Virus record (IMG/VR): IMGVR_UViG_3300010938_000951
Coordinates: 186,001-250,000 of that record
Length of the DNA stretch: 64,000 nt
Strand: one strand, 5' to 3'
Positions 17,220 through 26,142 of the stretch are shown here, in pieces. Position 1 is the first letter of the stretch. Every line of letters begins with the position of its first letter. Under the pieces are notes generated by a model that made no database searches, had not been told where the DNA came from, and saw only the letters and a program-made list of their open reading frames with translations. The translations under genes and the position numbers were made by a program.

Positions 17220-18409
17220 CTAATGCCATAATTCTTGGCGATGTGCATCTGGGTAAAGGAACAAACATTGGCAAAGGCGGTGTTGGTTCTACTCTTAATA
17301 GCCGCATCGTTGATCAACTAAATTTATTAGACTGGACGTTAGATCGTGCAGTAGAGCATCATGCCGATCACATCATCATCACCGGAGACGTGTTTGAAGA
17401 GCCTAGACCACATCCAGGTCTGATTACATTATTTATCGCATGGCTAAAGAAATGTCAAGTCCATGATGTTAGCGTTCACATCATTGTTGGAAATCACGAT
17501 ATTTTACGCAATGGGCTTGTATCAAATTCCCCGCTCGATATCGTTAGCGAAGTCGAACTAGAAGGGATTAGTGTCTATAAAGACATTAACACCATCATAC
17601 TTGGCACAACAGCATTTACACTGGTGCCATTTCGTGATAGAAAATCATTTAGTGTCAATTCTAATGCGGAAGCAATTTCGCTTGTACGCGATAGCCTTGT
17701 CTATGAACTAGCTAGTATCCCAACTACCTATCGAAAAGTGTTAGTGGGACATTTGGCTATTGAGGGATCAATTCCTATCGGCGATGAAATTGATGATTTG
17801 ACCAATGAGTTGTTTTGTCCTTTGGATATGTTTCAAGGATATGACTATGTTTGGATGGGCCATGTTCATAAGCCGCAAGTAATGAAAAAGAAAAATCCTT
17901 ACATCGCCCATATTGGAAGTATGGATATTTCTAACTTTGGCGAAACTGATCATGCAAAGCATATTGTCATCTTCAATTGCGAAGAGGATAATTGGACAAG
18001 GGAATTTTTGCCCACTAGGCCCTTGCAAAAGATTGCCATCAGTGTTCCAAAAGATACAGAAGATACAACCTCCTATGTTTTAGATGAAATTAAGAAAGCG
18101 GGCGTTCAAGATAAAGCGATCGTTAAGGTCGAAGTGTCTCTAACTTCTCCAGACTTGAAATCAATCAATAAAGCCGCTATCGAGAAATATTTGACAGGTC
18201 ATGGTGCCTTTAATGTAAATGCCATTTACGAATCTAAAAAAGTTAATCTTATTAAAAAGGATAATACCAATACAATCGATTCAAAAATGGATGTGGCCGC
18301 TGCTATTAAGACCTATGCACAAACATATATAGAAGATGCTCTGCGTCCAGGTTTTATTGAATTGGCTATGGAAATTCATAATACCTATAAATCCGAGGGC
18401 AAAGAATGA
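17216..18409 (+). CDS. sbcD: SbcD/Mre11-like metallophosphoesterase nuclease
   Basis: GDVHLG, TGDVFE, VGNHD, GHL, GHVHKPQ and GSM. Confidence 0.92.
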   Translation: MTNAIILGDVHLGKGTNIGKGGVGSTLNSRIVDQLNLLDWTLDRAVEHHADHIIITGDVFEEPRPHPGLITLFIAWLKKCQVHDVSVHIIVGNHDILRNGLVSNSPLDIVSEVELEGISVYKDINTIILGTTAFTLVPFRDRKSFSVNSNAEAISLVRDSLVYELASIPTTYRKVLVGHLAIEGSIPIGDEIDDLTNELFCPLDMFQGYDYVWMGHVHKPQVMKKKNPYIAHIGSMDISNFGETDHAKHIVIFNCEEDNWTREFLPTRPLQKIAISVPKDTEDTTSYVLDEIKKAGVQDKAIVKVEVSLTSPDLKSINKAAIEKYLTGHGAFNVNAIYESKKVNLIKKDNTNTIDSKMDVAAAIKTYAQTYIEDALRPGFIELAMEIHNTYKSEGKE

Positions 18410-20631
18410 GACCATCTAGATTATATGTAAAAGATTTTATGTGCTATGATGACGCGTATATTGATTTCTCACAATTCAATTCGGCTCTTATCATAGGCAA
18501 ATCAGATAATCCAGATGTTTCCAATGGTGTTGGCAAGACTACGCTTTTTAGAGCAATTGAATATGTTCTTTTTAATTACTCGGATGTTAATCTGGAAGAT
18601 ATTATTCGTGATGATGCTGATAAGTGCAGTGTAACTCTTGATTTTATTGTAGGTAACGAGGAATACAGAGTCACGCGCACACGCACGCGCAAGGGTACAA
18701 CCGATCTTACTCTTTACAAACGTACTGCGTTGGATGGCGAAGAAACAGAAGTATTGCATTCTATTAATGGAGATCGTTACATTCCCTTATTAGATGATGT
18801 AGAAAAATACTGGAAAGACATATCTGGACGTCGTGCCGCTGACACTGACAAAGAGTTAGCAAAACTAGTTAAGGTGAATTTGAAATCCTTTAGGATATTT
18901 ATTCACTTCTTACAACGTGATTTTGGTGGGTTAACAACAGCTACACCTGAAACGCGTAAAAAGATTTTGAAAGATGCTTTGAATTTAATTGTGTATTCAA
19001 AATTAGAAAAGCTTGCTAAAGAGAAATCGTCCGCCCTTCAAAAAGAGTCGGACAAATTTCGCACACTCATCAACAGCTTAGGGGATCCTGATGCTACTAT
19101 GGCAGAAATCTCTAGCAAATTAATAGATGTGGAAAAAGAAATTTCTAGTCGTTCACTTAAAGTTGGAGATTTAGAAGTTCAGATAAACGCAGCTAATGAA
19201 AATGTCAATAGGCTTGTTAATGAGCACTCTAATTTAGAAAGTAAATTCTCTAATTTGGTCGAGAAAGAACAATCTCTTAACGTAGAGAAAACCAAAATAG
19301 AAACATCTATTAAAGAATATACTACTAAAAAATCTAATGTTATTAAGGTTGCCCATGAGGCCGTAGCTGAGCTTAAACAATTGGAAGAAACTCAAATCAA
19401 ACTAGTTGATTTAGATTATAATCAAATAGATGTTCTTTCCGAAAAGATTGTTTCAAATAAAGAAAAAATAGCCCAACTAAGCCTTACTATTCAAAATGAT
19501 TTGGCAAGAGTCGATAAGTTAAGAAAACCTATTCCTGAAGATGGCGAATGTGAAGAATGTCGCCAACCAATTACGGCAGAACATAGAAAAATTTGCCAAC
19601 AGAAACTTGATCAGGAGTTGCGTGAGAAGCAGGTTAATATTCAGTCTTGTAAGAAGGATATTGCTGCATTGAATGCTGAAAATGCCGTTCATCAGCAAAC
19701 CATTAATACATTAACGCTTTCTAAACAGCACCTAGAAAGTATTAACAACAAAATCTCTGCCAAGAAAAAAGAAGTTACTGATAAGCGTGCCATTCATGAT
19801 GAGTATAAGGTATTATTGGATAAGTTTACCTCTGAATTAGAAGATAAAATTAAAGAGATGGATGCTATTACTGAGCAGCTTCAAAACTCTTCTGCGATTA
19901 AAGAGGCAAAAATTCTTGAAAAACAAATTCAAGAAGAGAGGCAAAAAGCAAAATCTATTGAATCACAGATTCTTATCAATAATAAAGAACTGAATCATTT
20001 TAATAGCACCAAAGCTGTTTTACAACATGATTTAAATCAAAGAATAGATGAAAAGCGCAAGAAAATAGAATATACAAAGTTGCTAAAAGAAATTGAAGAC
20101 AAGTTAGGTATGTACCCAGCAGTTGTTCAAGCTTTTTCTAGTACTGGTATTCCTAATTTGATTATACAAAATGTTCTTGATGATTTACAAATTGAGGCCA
20201 ATACATTGCTAGCTCAATTAAAACCGGGTCTACAATTATCTTTCTCAGTTGAGAAAACCGTAGAAAAGACAGGCGATCAAGCAGATACATTAGATATTCA
20301 TTATACCGTTAATGGTAAGAAACGATATTATGAAAATATTTCTGGGGCCATGCAATTAGCAGTTAACTTTAGTTTAAAGTTAGGTCTATCTTTCTTGTTG
20401 CAAAAATTAAGTGGCGTAGATGTTCGCTTCTTGTTGTTAGATGAGATTGATCAATCTTTAGATAAAGCTAGTGTAGATTTCTTTGCTGATATAGTGAAGC
20501 TCTTTTCTAAAGACTATACTATATTGGTCATTACTCATAATGATCGTTTGAAAGATAAATTCTCACATGCAGTGTTAGTGGAACAAGATATAAATATGGT
20601 ATCACGTGCGAAGGTTGTATCTTCGTGGTGA
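18406..20631 (+). CDS. sbcC: SbcC/Rad50-like SMC ATPase
   Basis: NGVGKTT, Q-loop LQRD, coiled coil with zinc hook CEEC, signature ISGA and LLLDEID. Confidence 0.92.
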   Translation: MRPSRLYVKDFMCYDDAYIDFSQFNSALIIGKSDNPDVSNGVGKTTLFRAIEYVLFNYSDVNLEDIIRDDADKCSVTLDFIVGNEEYRVTRTRTRKGTTDLTLYKRTALDGEETEVLHSINGDRYIPLLDDVEKYWKDISGRRAADTDKELAKLVKVNLKSFRIFIHFLQRDFGGLTTATPETRKKILKDALNLIVYSKLEKLAKEKSSALQKESDKFRTLINSLGDPDATMAEISSKLIDVEKEISSRSLKVGDLEVQINAANENVNRLVNEHSNLESKFSNLVEKEQSLNVEKTKIETSIKEYTTKKSNVIKVAHEAVAELKQLEETQIKLVDLDYNQIDVLSEKIVSNKEKIAQLSLTIQNDLARVDKLRKPIPEDGECEECRQPITAEHRKICQQKLDQELREKQVNIQSCKKDIAALNAENAVHQQTINTLTLSKQHLESINNKISAKKKEVTDKRAIHDEYKVLLDKFTSELEDKIKEMDAITEQLQNSSAIKEAKILEKQIQEERQKAKSIESQILINNKELNHFNSTKAVLQHDLNQRIDEKRKKIEYTKLLKEIEDKLGMYPAVVQAFSSTGIPNLIIQNVLDDLQIEANTLLAQLKPGLQLSFSVEKTVEKTGDQADTLDIHYTVNGKKRYYENISGAMQLAVNFSLKLGLSFLLQKLSGVDVRFLLLDEIDQSLDKASVDFFADIVKLFSKDYTILVITHNDRLKDKFSHAVLVEQDINMVSRAKVVSSW

Positions 20632-20640
20632 GGAGGTTGG

Positions 20641-21267
20641 ATGTATAGAATTGCGATTTGCGGTAAAGCTAACACTGGCAAGAATACATTAGCTAACCTA
20701 CTTTATCAAGAAGCCTACGAAAAAGATAATGCGACATTGATATCCAATGGGGGACTAGGCTTGCAAGCTTATTCTGGGAAGTTTATGGCGTTTGCTGATC
20801 CAATCAAAGAAATTGTGATGACTATGTTTCCTAGAGCTAACAAGGAATGTTTATATGGCCCATCTCATTTGCGCGCAGAAATTATTCCTGGCGCTTTTAA
20901 AGATGGTAAACCGTTAACATATAGACAGGCTTTAATTGATATTGGTACAGAAGTAGGACGCAAATATAGTGATAGAATTTGGTTAGATAATTTTGATCAT
21001 CGTTTTGAAGAAATATCTAAAAAGAAATTGAACATTGTTGTAGTGACTGACGTTCGTTTTCGCAATGAATTTGACCACCTTAAGGAAAAGGGGTTTTTCC
21101 AAATCCGATTGTATCGAGATACAGGCGCTCCTGAGATCCAACATATTAGTGAAACTGGTCAAAGCTCTATTAAGGACGAAGAGTTTGACTATGTATTAAT
21201 CAACAATAAATCTCTGGAAGAATTAAAAGAGGAGGTTCGTTGTCAGATCATACCCAGAATTTCTTAA
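20641..21267 (+). CDS. deoxynucleoside monophosphate kinase
   Basis: CGKANTGKNT, FADPIK, IGTEVGR, VTDVRF.NE and HISE. Confidence 0.85.
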   Translation: MYRIAICGKANTGKNTLANLLYQEAYEKDNATLISNGGLGLQAYSGKFMAFADPIKEIVMTMFPRANKECLYGPSHLRAEIIPGAFKDGKPLTYRQALIDIGTEVGRKYSDRIWLDNFDHRFEEISKKKLNIVVVTDVRFRNEFDHLKEKGFFQIRLYRDTGAPEIQHISETGQSSIKDEEFDYVLINNKSLEELKEEVRCQIIPRIS

Positions 21268-21617
21268 TAGAAAAGGCTATTAATACTTTCGTATATGCTC
21301 AAATGAGCGTTGAAGCCCTGAAAAAGAATTTCGTACCTAAATACCTGGCGACAGGAGAGCAAAAATTCTATCGCTTTCTAATCCTCTACGCTCTAAATAA
21401 ACTAATATATATTGAAAAAGGCTCCTTCAAGGGTAAATCACCCGAGTTGGAGTTTTTAGATTATTATGACCAATTCATAATTTTGTATAGAAGAGAAGGT
21501 GAGGATGTTTATCTTGAGCTAGCCCGAGTATTTAGAAAGGCAGCGCATAAAGTTTATCGAGTTATGTTAAAAAAGAATATGACCGAGAGAAACGCAAAAT
21601 TCCTCAATTTGGTATAA
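21240..21617 (+). CDS. hypothetical protein (true start may be ATG 21303)
   Basis: ORF track; a motif-B-like TAATACT-TTCG-TAT lies 8 nt before ATG 21303. Confidence 0.6.
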   Translation: MSDHTQNFLIEKAINTFVYAQMSVEALKKNFVPKYLATGEQKFYRFLILYALNKLIYIEKGSFKGKSPELEFLDYYDQFIILYRREGEDVYLELARVFRKAAHKVYRVMLKKNMTERNAKFLNLV

Positions 21618-21618
21618 T

Positions 21619-22653
21619 ATGGCAGTTATCAGCGTTACAATTACACAATCATCAGAACAAATAGTCGCCGGAATTCCTAAAACAGTTTCTATAACTACTA
21701 ACATTCCAGCTACTATTGTTTATACATTGGATGGAACTGATCCGACCTTGTTTTCTACTATTTATACTGGTCCAATCTTTTTACCATTTGATGAATTATT
21801 AGTAACTCTCAAAGTACTAGCCACTAATGGTGTCGATTCTTCTCCAATAGTTGTTGAGCAGTATATGACTGATATAGTTAATAGTAATGCTCGTTTGCCA
21901 CATGCTAGTACTACCGCTCAAGCTGGAAGTGTAATTCCTGATGCATATCCTTTTGGTACTCCGCCTTTTCAACCTCGGCAAGGTTATTTGAATCCGGCTG
22001 ATGCTGGACCATATGGCGGGGCGGTTTATAATCCGGCTTTACCGGCCACCCCTACAGGTTTTGATGGCCAGGGTAACCCAACAGGCTATACTAACCAACC
22101 ATACAATATTACAAATTATCAGGTTACATATACAAATAGAGACGCCTCAGGTAATCAGGGCGGTAATATTGGGAACATACCCGGTAAAACTACGTTACCA
22201 TATCCAAGCGATGTGCAGCCAGATAGGGGACAAACTTCTGGACAGGGACCAGAAGAAAGCAGTCAGTTTACATCATTGTTTGATCCTAGGGCAATGGTTA
22301 TTTTTCAAGATTTTAGCAAAGAAGACCCTAACGATCCGCCACAAATTAATAGACAGTTTTTTACACTGGAAAACCCAGAAAGAGCAAGAGACGGCACATT
22401 TTATTTTAATACAGGACAAGATGCCTCTGCTCCAATTAGTGGTTCATTTGTAAGGGCACATTATAATCCACGCACAAATACTATTACGCACTATTATAGA
22501 GACTCTTGGTCGAATAAATGGATTATTTCAACGGCCCCATATCAACCTACGGGTACATTTGATGGGAACATGGCTCAAATGGCCATGGGAACCAAGAGTG
22601 GCGCTGGCGTTGTTTTTGAATGGCTTCCATTTGCAAGACGTGTTCTATTCTAA
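21619..22653 (+). CDS. protein with N-terminal chitobiase/Fn3-associated domain
   Basis: ATIVYTLDGTDPT..STIYTGPI....TLKVLA; the rest is low-complexity P/G/T/N. Confidence 0.75.
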   Translation: MAVISVTITQSSEQIVAGIPKTVSITTNIPATIVYTLDGTDPTLFSTIYTGPIFLPFDELLVTLKVLATNGVDSSPIVVEQYMTDIVNSNARLPHASTTAQAGSVIPDAYPFGTPPFQPRQGYLNPADAGPYGGAVYNPALPATPTGFDGQGNPTGYTNQPYNITNYQVTYTNRDASGNQGGNIGNIPGKTTLPYPSDVQPDRGQTSGQGPEESSQFTSLFDPRAMVIFQDFSKEDPNDPPQINRQFFTLENPERARDGTFYFNTGQDASAPISGSFVRAHYNPRTNTITHYYRDSWSNKWIISTAPYQPTGTFDGNMAQMAMGTKSGAGVVFEWLPFARRVLF

Positions 22654-22694
22654 ATCGATATATAGATTATTATACATTAAACGAAAGAATATTA

Positions 22695-23480
22695 ATGACA
22701 GAAGATTTACGTTTGTCGGTTAGCAAGACCAAGACCTTCTTGGATTGTAAAGCTAAGTATAAATTTTGCTACATTGAAAAGTTACCACGAAAAGATTGGG
22801 ATTTTCATATTTTTGGTAAGTTTTGCCATAGTGTTTTAGAGTATTTTCATAAACAATATATTGAGGGGTGCTTGTTACCATATAATGTTACTATGAATGA
22901 TGCTTTTAAGCATGCACTTTCTGAATTTAAAGATAAGATGACTCCTGAAATGAAAAAGGAATGTTGGCAAATTATTGACCAATATCTGCGTTTAATTACA
23001 AAAGATAAACAAAGTGGTATGCCAGCCAACGTAATTGCTGTGGAAAAAAGATTTGATTTTGCCATCGCAGAAAATCTTGTTTTAAACGGAGCAATTGACA
23101 GGATTCAATTAGATGACGATAATGTTATCCACGTGGCGGACTACAAGACCACCAAACATAAAAAATATTTGAAAAATGATTTCTTCCAACTTTTAACGTA
23201 TGCTTATGTTATAGTGTCCCAAGACCCAACTATAGAAAAAGTTAGAGCATCGTATATTTTACTCAGACACAATTTTGAATATGTAACAACTGAGTTTAAC
23301 AAGGAAGAAATTTTGGCAGTAAAAGATAAATATGAAGAATACGCAAAACAGATGCTTGCAGAAAAGGAGTTCCCTCCTAATCCAACCAACCTCTGTAATT
23401 ACTGCGATTATTTACAAGAATGTCCTGCCGGCAAGAGTAAAGCTTTTGATCAACAAGTTTACGGTGAAGTTAACTGGTAA
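22695..23480 (+). CDS. PD-(D/E)XK nuclease, Cas4/RecB-like with Fe-S staple cysteines
   Basis: LSVS...DC; G.F.H..LE; VEKRF; G.IDRI; DYKT; CNYC...ECP. Motif A at 22657. Confidence 0.88.
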   Translation: MTEDLRLSVSKTKTFLDCKAKYKFCYIEKLPRKDWDFHIFGKFCHSVLEYFHKQYIEGCLLPYNVTMNDAFKHALSEFKDKMTPEMKKECWQIIDQYLRLITKDKQSGMPANVIAVEKRFDFAIAENLVLNGAIDRIQLDDDNVIHVADYKTTKHKKYLKNDFFQLLTYAYVIVSQDPTIEKVRASYILLRHNFEYVTTEFNKEEILAVKDKYEEYAKQMLAEKEFPPNPTNLCNYCDYLQECPAGKSKAFDQQVYGEVNW

Positions 23481-23489
23481 GAGGAAACA

Positions 23490-24737
23490 ATGCAAATTGA
23501 AGTAACTGAATTAGAACCATGCAGACTGTCTGTTCACTATGAGGCTAACTTCCTGGAAATCTCTGATAAGAGAGCAGAAGTTGAAAGTGCTTTTAAGAAA
23601 GCTCCTGTACCAGGATTTAGACCAGGTAAAGTACCACCTGAAGCTATTAGAGTTCATTATCGTCAACAGATTGACGACTCTCTAAAGCGCGCGCTTGCAG
23701 AAGATGCATTTCACAATACTCTTTTCGAAAAGAAAATTAGACCACATGGTGCCCCACGTTTTAATAGTTTACTATTAGACGGCGGTAAGTTTACTTGTGA
23801 CTTTGAAATTCTAACCAAGCCCGATTTTGAAGTGCCTGCTTGGAAAGATATGGAAGTCGCAAAGCCACACGGGGAAATGGAAGCGTCTGTTCTAGCCGAG
23901 AAAATGATGCAAGAGTTGCGTGTTCGTTTAGGTGAAGTATCTCCTTATACCGATACTGATTTCGTTCAATCTGGAGACAATGTCATCATTGATTATAAAG
24001 GCACCGTAGATGGTCAAGTTGTTGATAGTCTAGTGGCTGAAGGAGAGATGATTACTATTGGTAATAGCCCATTAGCCGCTTTTGATAACAACTTATTAGG
24101 TATGTCCTTAGATGAAGTCCGTGAATTTGATTTCGTGGCACCTCCACAAGGATTACCATCTTTAGCTGGTAAAACTGTTCACTTTACAGTCACATTGAAG
24201 ATGGGCTCTAAGACCGTTCCATGTGCCCTAGATGATGAAATGGCAAAAAAGATGGGTAAAAATACGTTTGAAGAATTACAGGAAACTGTATCTCAAGCAG
24301 CTTTTGCTCGTGCAGCTAATATGAATAAGATGGCAGTTCAAGAAGCAGTAGCTAGAAAACTTATTACTAGTGTTGATATTAAAGTTCCAAATTGGATGTC
24401 TTTATCTGAAGCGCAATATCTAAGCCACCAATCCCAACTAGATTGGAATGCTATGCAAGATTCAGACAGAGAGAAAATGATTGAAATGGCCGAGCAAAAT
24501 GTTAAGTTATCTTTGATTCTAGATAAGATTAGAGAATCTGAGCCGGAAGCACAGCTAACTGACCAGGAAGTGTTTGAAATTATCAAACAAAATTTGGCCA
24601 ATACCAAAGTGACGCAAAGTTTAGATGAGGTCATTCAGCAAATGAATAAGACAGGTTATCTACAAATTTTGTTCCAGCGCATTAAAGATGAAAATACTAT
24701 GGATTACATAGTAAAGTCAGTAAAGTTGATTGATTAA
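23490..24737 (+). CDS. tig: trigger factor
   Basis: Ribosome-binding loop PGFRPGKVP; FKBP segment GDNVIIDY.G..DG...FD..L.GM; C-terminal KLSLILDKI. Confidence 0.93.
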   Translation: MQIEVTELEPCRLSVHYEANFLEISDKRAEVESAFKKAPVPGFRPGKVPPEAIRVHYRQQIDDSLKRALAEDAFHNTLFEKKIRPHGAPRFNSLLLDGGKFTCDFEILTKPDFEVPAWKDMEVAKPHGEMEASVLAEKMMQELRVRLGEVSPYTDTDFVQSGDNVIIDYKGTVDGQVVDSLVAEGEMITIGNSPLAAFDNNLLGMSLDEVREFDFVAPPQGLPSLAGKTVHFTVTLKMGSKTVPCALDDEMAKKMGKNTFEELQETVSQAAFARAANMNKMAVQEAVARKLITSVDIKVPNWMSLSEAQYLSHQSQLDWNAMQDSDREKMIEMAEQNVKLSLILDKIRESEPEAQLTDQEVFEIIKQNLANTKVTQSLDEVIQQMNKTGYLQILFQRIKDENTMDYIVKSVKLID

Positions 24738-24753
24738 TATAGGAGAAAGTATA

Positions 24754-25074
24754 ATGGGAAAGAAAGATAATGGTCCGCTAACTTCATTACCAAAGAAGTG
24801 GGATGATCTCATTAAAAAGATGCCAGAGTTCAAAGACACCGCTGATGCTGCTAGTGTCGAAGAGCTAAAGAAAATTATTGTTGACTGTGAAGGAAATATT
24901 TACACAGTTAGTAGAGAAGAAGAAGCTGATGATAAACTCACTGCTGCCAGAGAAATGGCCAAAGAATTATCAGCACCTTATCGCGATGCAAAGAAAGTAC
25001 AACAAGCAAAAATTCAATATGCTCTACTTTGCTTGGAGAGTAAGGGAGTAGACTTAGATAATAAAGGCGACTAA
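24754..25074 (+). CDS. hypothetical helical protein
   Basis: AGGAG SD before ATG 24754. Confidence 0.7.
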   Translation: MGKKDNGPLTSLPKKWDDLIKKMPEFKDTADAASVEELKKIIVDCEGNIYTVSREEEADDKLTAAREMAKELSAPYRDAKKVQQAKIQYALLCLESKGVDLDNKGD

Positions 25075-25352
25075 TGAAGGTCGAAAGGTTCCTAATTCAA
25101 GCATGCTGTAATAAAAAGCAGATTGTCTTTAAATTAGACAAAACTGTTGATCAAAGTTTGCTTGAAGTTCTGAAAAGTAATGGGTTCACAGAAGCTGCCC
25201 ACTTTACTAAAGCAGGAATGCTATATGCCGATAATCTGGACTTAATAGTGACGGGTCCATTTGGTGGCGATAAGCTCAATGCTAAGTGTAAAAAAGCAGA
25301 TTGTGACCAAATCCTCAATGATTTTGAGGCTTTACTTGTCAGAACGGGGTGA
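25074..25352 (+). CDS. hypothetical protein
   Basis: TAATG coupling. Confidence 0.65.
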   Translation: MKVERFLIQACCNKKQIVFKLDKTVDQSLLEVLKSNGFTEAAHFTKAGMLYADNLDLIVTGPFGGDKLNAKCKKADCDQILNDFEALLVRTG

Positions 25353-26020
25353 TAATGGCAAAGGGTAAAGGTTCTATCGCTGAAATCAGAAAGAAAGTTA
25401 CCAAAACCCACGAATTCATTTCGACTTCTTATCATGAGGCTGGACACACGGTTTTTGCGTTGTTGCACCTTATGAAAGTCAGCTCTGTGTCTGTTTTTGA
25501 AAATAAACATTTTAAAAGAGTTCATGGAATTTGTTATTATGATTATCCTAGTGATTTTGATGAAATTCAAGATCCTGATTTGTTAAATACTTTACTTAAA
25601 GCCGAAATTGGTGTTAGTTATGCTGGTTTAATTGCAGAAACTTCTTTGTTTAGAAGTATTTCTGGTTCTAAGCAGACGCCAACTTTTATCAGTTACGGTT
25701 CGGCCGATGATAATAAATCAGCCCGAGAGGTGATTAAAAAATATAATCTAGCACCTCCTGGGCCTAAAAGAACAGCTTATAAAAGAAAAATTATGAATGA
25801 AGTTCAATCTGAGCTTCATTCTCACTGGGACGCGGTAATGGTTATAGCTCATGCGCTATTTCGCCATCGCCGTTTGTCCTTTGTTGATCTTCAAGACTTG
25901 CTTACTAAAAAAACACATAATAAAAAGTTTTGGAAAGATCAATTCAAAAAGATTAGTTATTTTTACGATAATAGCCAAAACCTTGACGAAAAAGATTTAA
26001 AATCTATATTGTCAAGGTAA
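25349..26020 (+). CDS. stand-alone peptidase M41 (FtsH protease domain)-like metalloprotease
   Basis: SYHEAGH, YAGLIAE, GSADD and the terminal helices IAHAL...L...DL.DLL. Confidence 0.8.
   Translation: MIMAKGKGSIAEIRKKVTKTHEFISTSYHEAGHTVFALLHLMKVSSVSVFENKHFKRVHGICYYDYPSDFDEIQDPDLLNTLLKAEIGVSYAGLIAETSLFRSISGSKQTPTFISYGSADDNKSAREVIKKYNLAPPGPKRTAYKRKIMNEVQSELHSHWDAVMVIAHALFRHRRLSFVDLQDLLTKKTHNKKFWKDQFKKISYFYDNSQNLDEKDLKSILSR
25980..26018 (+). promoter_or_regulatory. 39-bp interrupted palindrome overlapping sigma70-like promoter TTGACG-16-TATATT
   Basis: ACCTTGAC-N5-AGATTT-A-AAATCT-N5-GTCAAGGT, about 125 nt upstream of dnaE. Confidence 0.55.
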
Positions 26021-26142
26021 TGTAAGACCCACACCGTATTCCCTGGCACAGTACACGCAGTCTATCCTTAGATTGAAAATTCCCCTGAGATTGGGTAAGA
26101 TGTACACACGTGTTACAATACACAACCATATCAGGAGGTCAT

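Noticed and set aside
21610-21618. Perfect extended -10 TGGTATAAT (also at 40395-40403)
   Set aside because: It arises from Val-stop codons (GTA TAA), and at 21610 it directly abuts the ATG, too close to serve that gene.
22695-23480. Cas4-like gene as part of a CRISPR system
   Set aside because: No cas1/cas2 and no array nearby; stand-alone Cas4/RecB-like nucleases are common in phages.
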